NCBI RefSeq assembly: GCF_016433145.1
Contig: NC_058132.1
Coordinates: 470,831,659-470,895,658 of the forward strand
DNA from: Gracilinanus agilis
Taxonomy: Eukaryota
Direction of reading: 5' to 3'
Length of the DNA: 64,000 bases
How positions within the stretch are numbered: the first letter of the stretch is position 1; the number at the start of each line of letters is the position of its first letter. A program made the translations under genes and the position numbers. Shown piece by piece: positions 62,336-64,000 of the stretch. The notes under the pieces were generated by a model that worked only from the letters and a program-made list of their open reading frames with translations, had not been told where the DNA came from and did not search any database.

Positions 62336-64000
62336 GAATTACATATCCATAAAAGTACAGAGCAAGCACATTTAAATACCTATATCTATATATGAAAATT
62401 CTGGGAAATGGGTCTGAGCCAGTGACTGACATCTTGTATTCAAGGCTTAGTTTTTTTTTTTCCTTCTGCACATTTTGTCTGTCCAATCATCTACAGGGGC
62501 AAAGAAGAGAGAATTAGGATTTTAAAATTAAGGAGACTTTAAACCACAGTTTTATTTGGAAATTATTACAGTTTCCATACTTGAAAATTTTAGGAATATG
62601 TTTGATAATCTTAAAAAATTTCCACACATTTATTTATCCAGGGTCTTTCACAGTCTAGAGGAAAAGACTACACTAAACTAGTGACTATAATTTCATAATG
62701 AAAAATTCAGTTAATGCTTTCTTTTTTCATGTTAATTAGCTCAAATCATTTCATACAATGGTTTTGACCATTACTTAGTTTGTAGCCTAAGTTTCAGAAC
62801 AAAAAAATTGATTTGGTAAATAGATTGAACAGTTACCCTAAATTAGTATGAGATCTCTGACAAAGGAAATCAAGTCTCTTAAGAGCACTAAAAGAAGAAA
62901 AAAATTATTAGCTTACTGGTAGGCTTGTCATCCAGATTAAGAACTCCATTCCTTTACATAACTTAAGTTTAATGCATTTAACATTTAATTAATAAACATT
63001 TAAAATCTTACTATGGGCAACCCCAAAATACCCAAGATAAATATTCCACCTTCAAAACTGAAATATAATGGAGCTAAGACACAGATCTGTCTATTTTGCT
63101 TTACACAGTTACATGTTTAAAGATTTTAAAAGAGCTGAAATACCAGGTAAACTATGAAATCTAAAGAAGAGTATCAGTAAGGTAAGGCATTCATACTGAC
63201 TGGTTTATAGGTATATTCTTCTGAACTATTGTATTGTATAATTCAAATAATTACCTTATTTCATTCTCAGATGATAAGATCTGTGCTAAGTAATTTTCAA
63301 TGATTGGCTTTGCAAGAAAGAATTTCCGATTTCTTCTTACATATTATAGCCATTTTAATGATGCAGTTATTGCATTCTGCAAGGAGGTAATATAAAAGTT
63401 ATGGCGTCCCATGTTGAAACTAAGAACTATGGTGCAGGTGTTCATTAAAGGGTGACTGGAAAATAACAGGTGGATGATGGAAATTTTATCACCAGTATTT
63501 GATCTAGATCTAAGTAGATGTTCTTTCTTTTCCTTGAAAAGACTCTCTAATGGACATCTCATAAAATAGGAAGTCTGATGAGAAACATGTATTAAAAGCA
63601 TTTAGCCCTTCTAAAACGTAAGAAGTTTTAAAACATTTTATTCATTCGCATACCTAACAGTATATTTGGCCATTAGTAAGTGAATAACAAGCACCTTCTG
63701 AATTTTACAGCTAGAATTTTGAGATTCTGGCCCTAAGGTAATTTAACAAACAGGACTATCATACTAATTTCTAGTCCTTTTTAAAAAATGAATCCATGAA
63801 ATACATTACTTCAATACTTTCTTAAGGAGGGAAAATAACCACACATTTATTCTTTGAGAGAAATATAGTCACACATGTACTTTCTCCTTTAGAGAGAAGC
63901 CAATTTTATATTTTTATGTTTTAATATTGAATAGATTAGAAAAAAGATTAGAAATGATTTGGCATTGTTTGCATAAGCATTCCAGACAAATTGATGTAAC

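Noticed and set aside
63350-63386. 37-nt candidate exon (HFNDAVIAFCKE)
   Set aside because: Too short to identify; weak donor.
1-64000. tRNA, rRNA, snRNA, CRISPR arrays, numts, processed pseudogenes, ERV internal gag/pol/env
   Set aside because: None recognised. tRNA-like A/B boxes occur only as SINE heads, and all LTRs are solo.

Overview
AT-rich, repeat-dense mammalian DNA with two assembly gaps (26287-26660, 50134-50660). The repeats point to a marsupial, most likely a didelphid such as Monodelphis: young tRNA-headed CORE-SINEs of the SINE1_MD type, MAR1/MIR, L2, L3/CR1, marsupial-type L1 with a long inter-ORF spacer, and a hAT MITE. I cannot identify any host protein-coding gene; the window looks intronic or intergenic. 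The dominant feature is a full-length, inactivated L1 (34609-41128, + strand, 14-bp TSD). It sits in a nested cluster with an L2 remnant, a hAT MITE, a SINE and a solo LTR inside that SINE. Several other solo LTRs, truncated L1s and SINEs have readable TSDs. The most unusual non-TE structure is an ungapped 137-bp inverted duplication (131/137 identical, 61380-61516 vs 62199-62335) with templated-insertion-like junctions. There is also an older ~100-bp inverted homology (22074-22186 vs 24163-24260) and a phase-compatible pair of candidate minus-strand exons (10039-10115, 9213-9492). I found no solid evidence for a new multi-gene biological system; the findings are leads. Repeat family names come from recognition, not a database search, and boundaries of old repeats are approximate.
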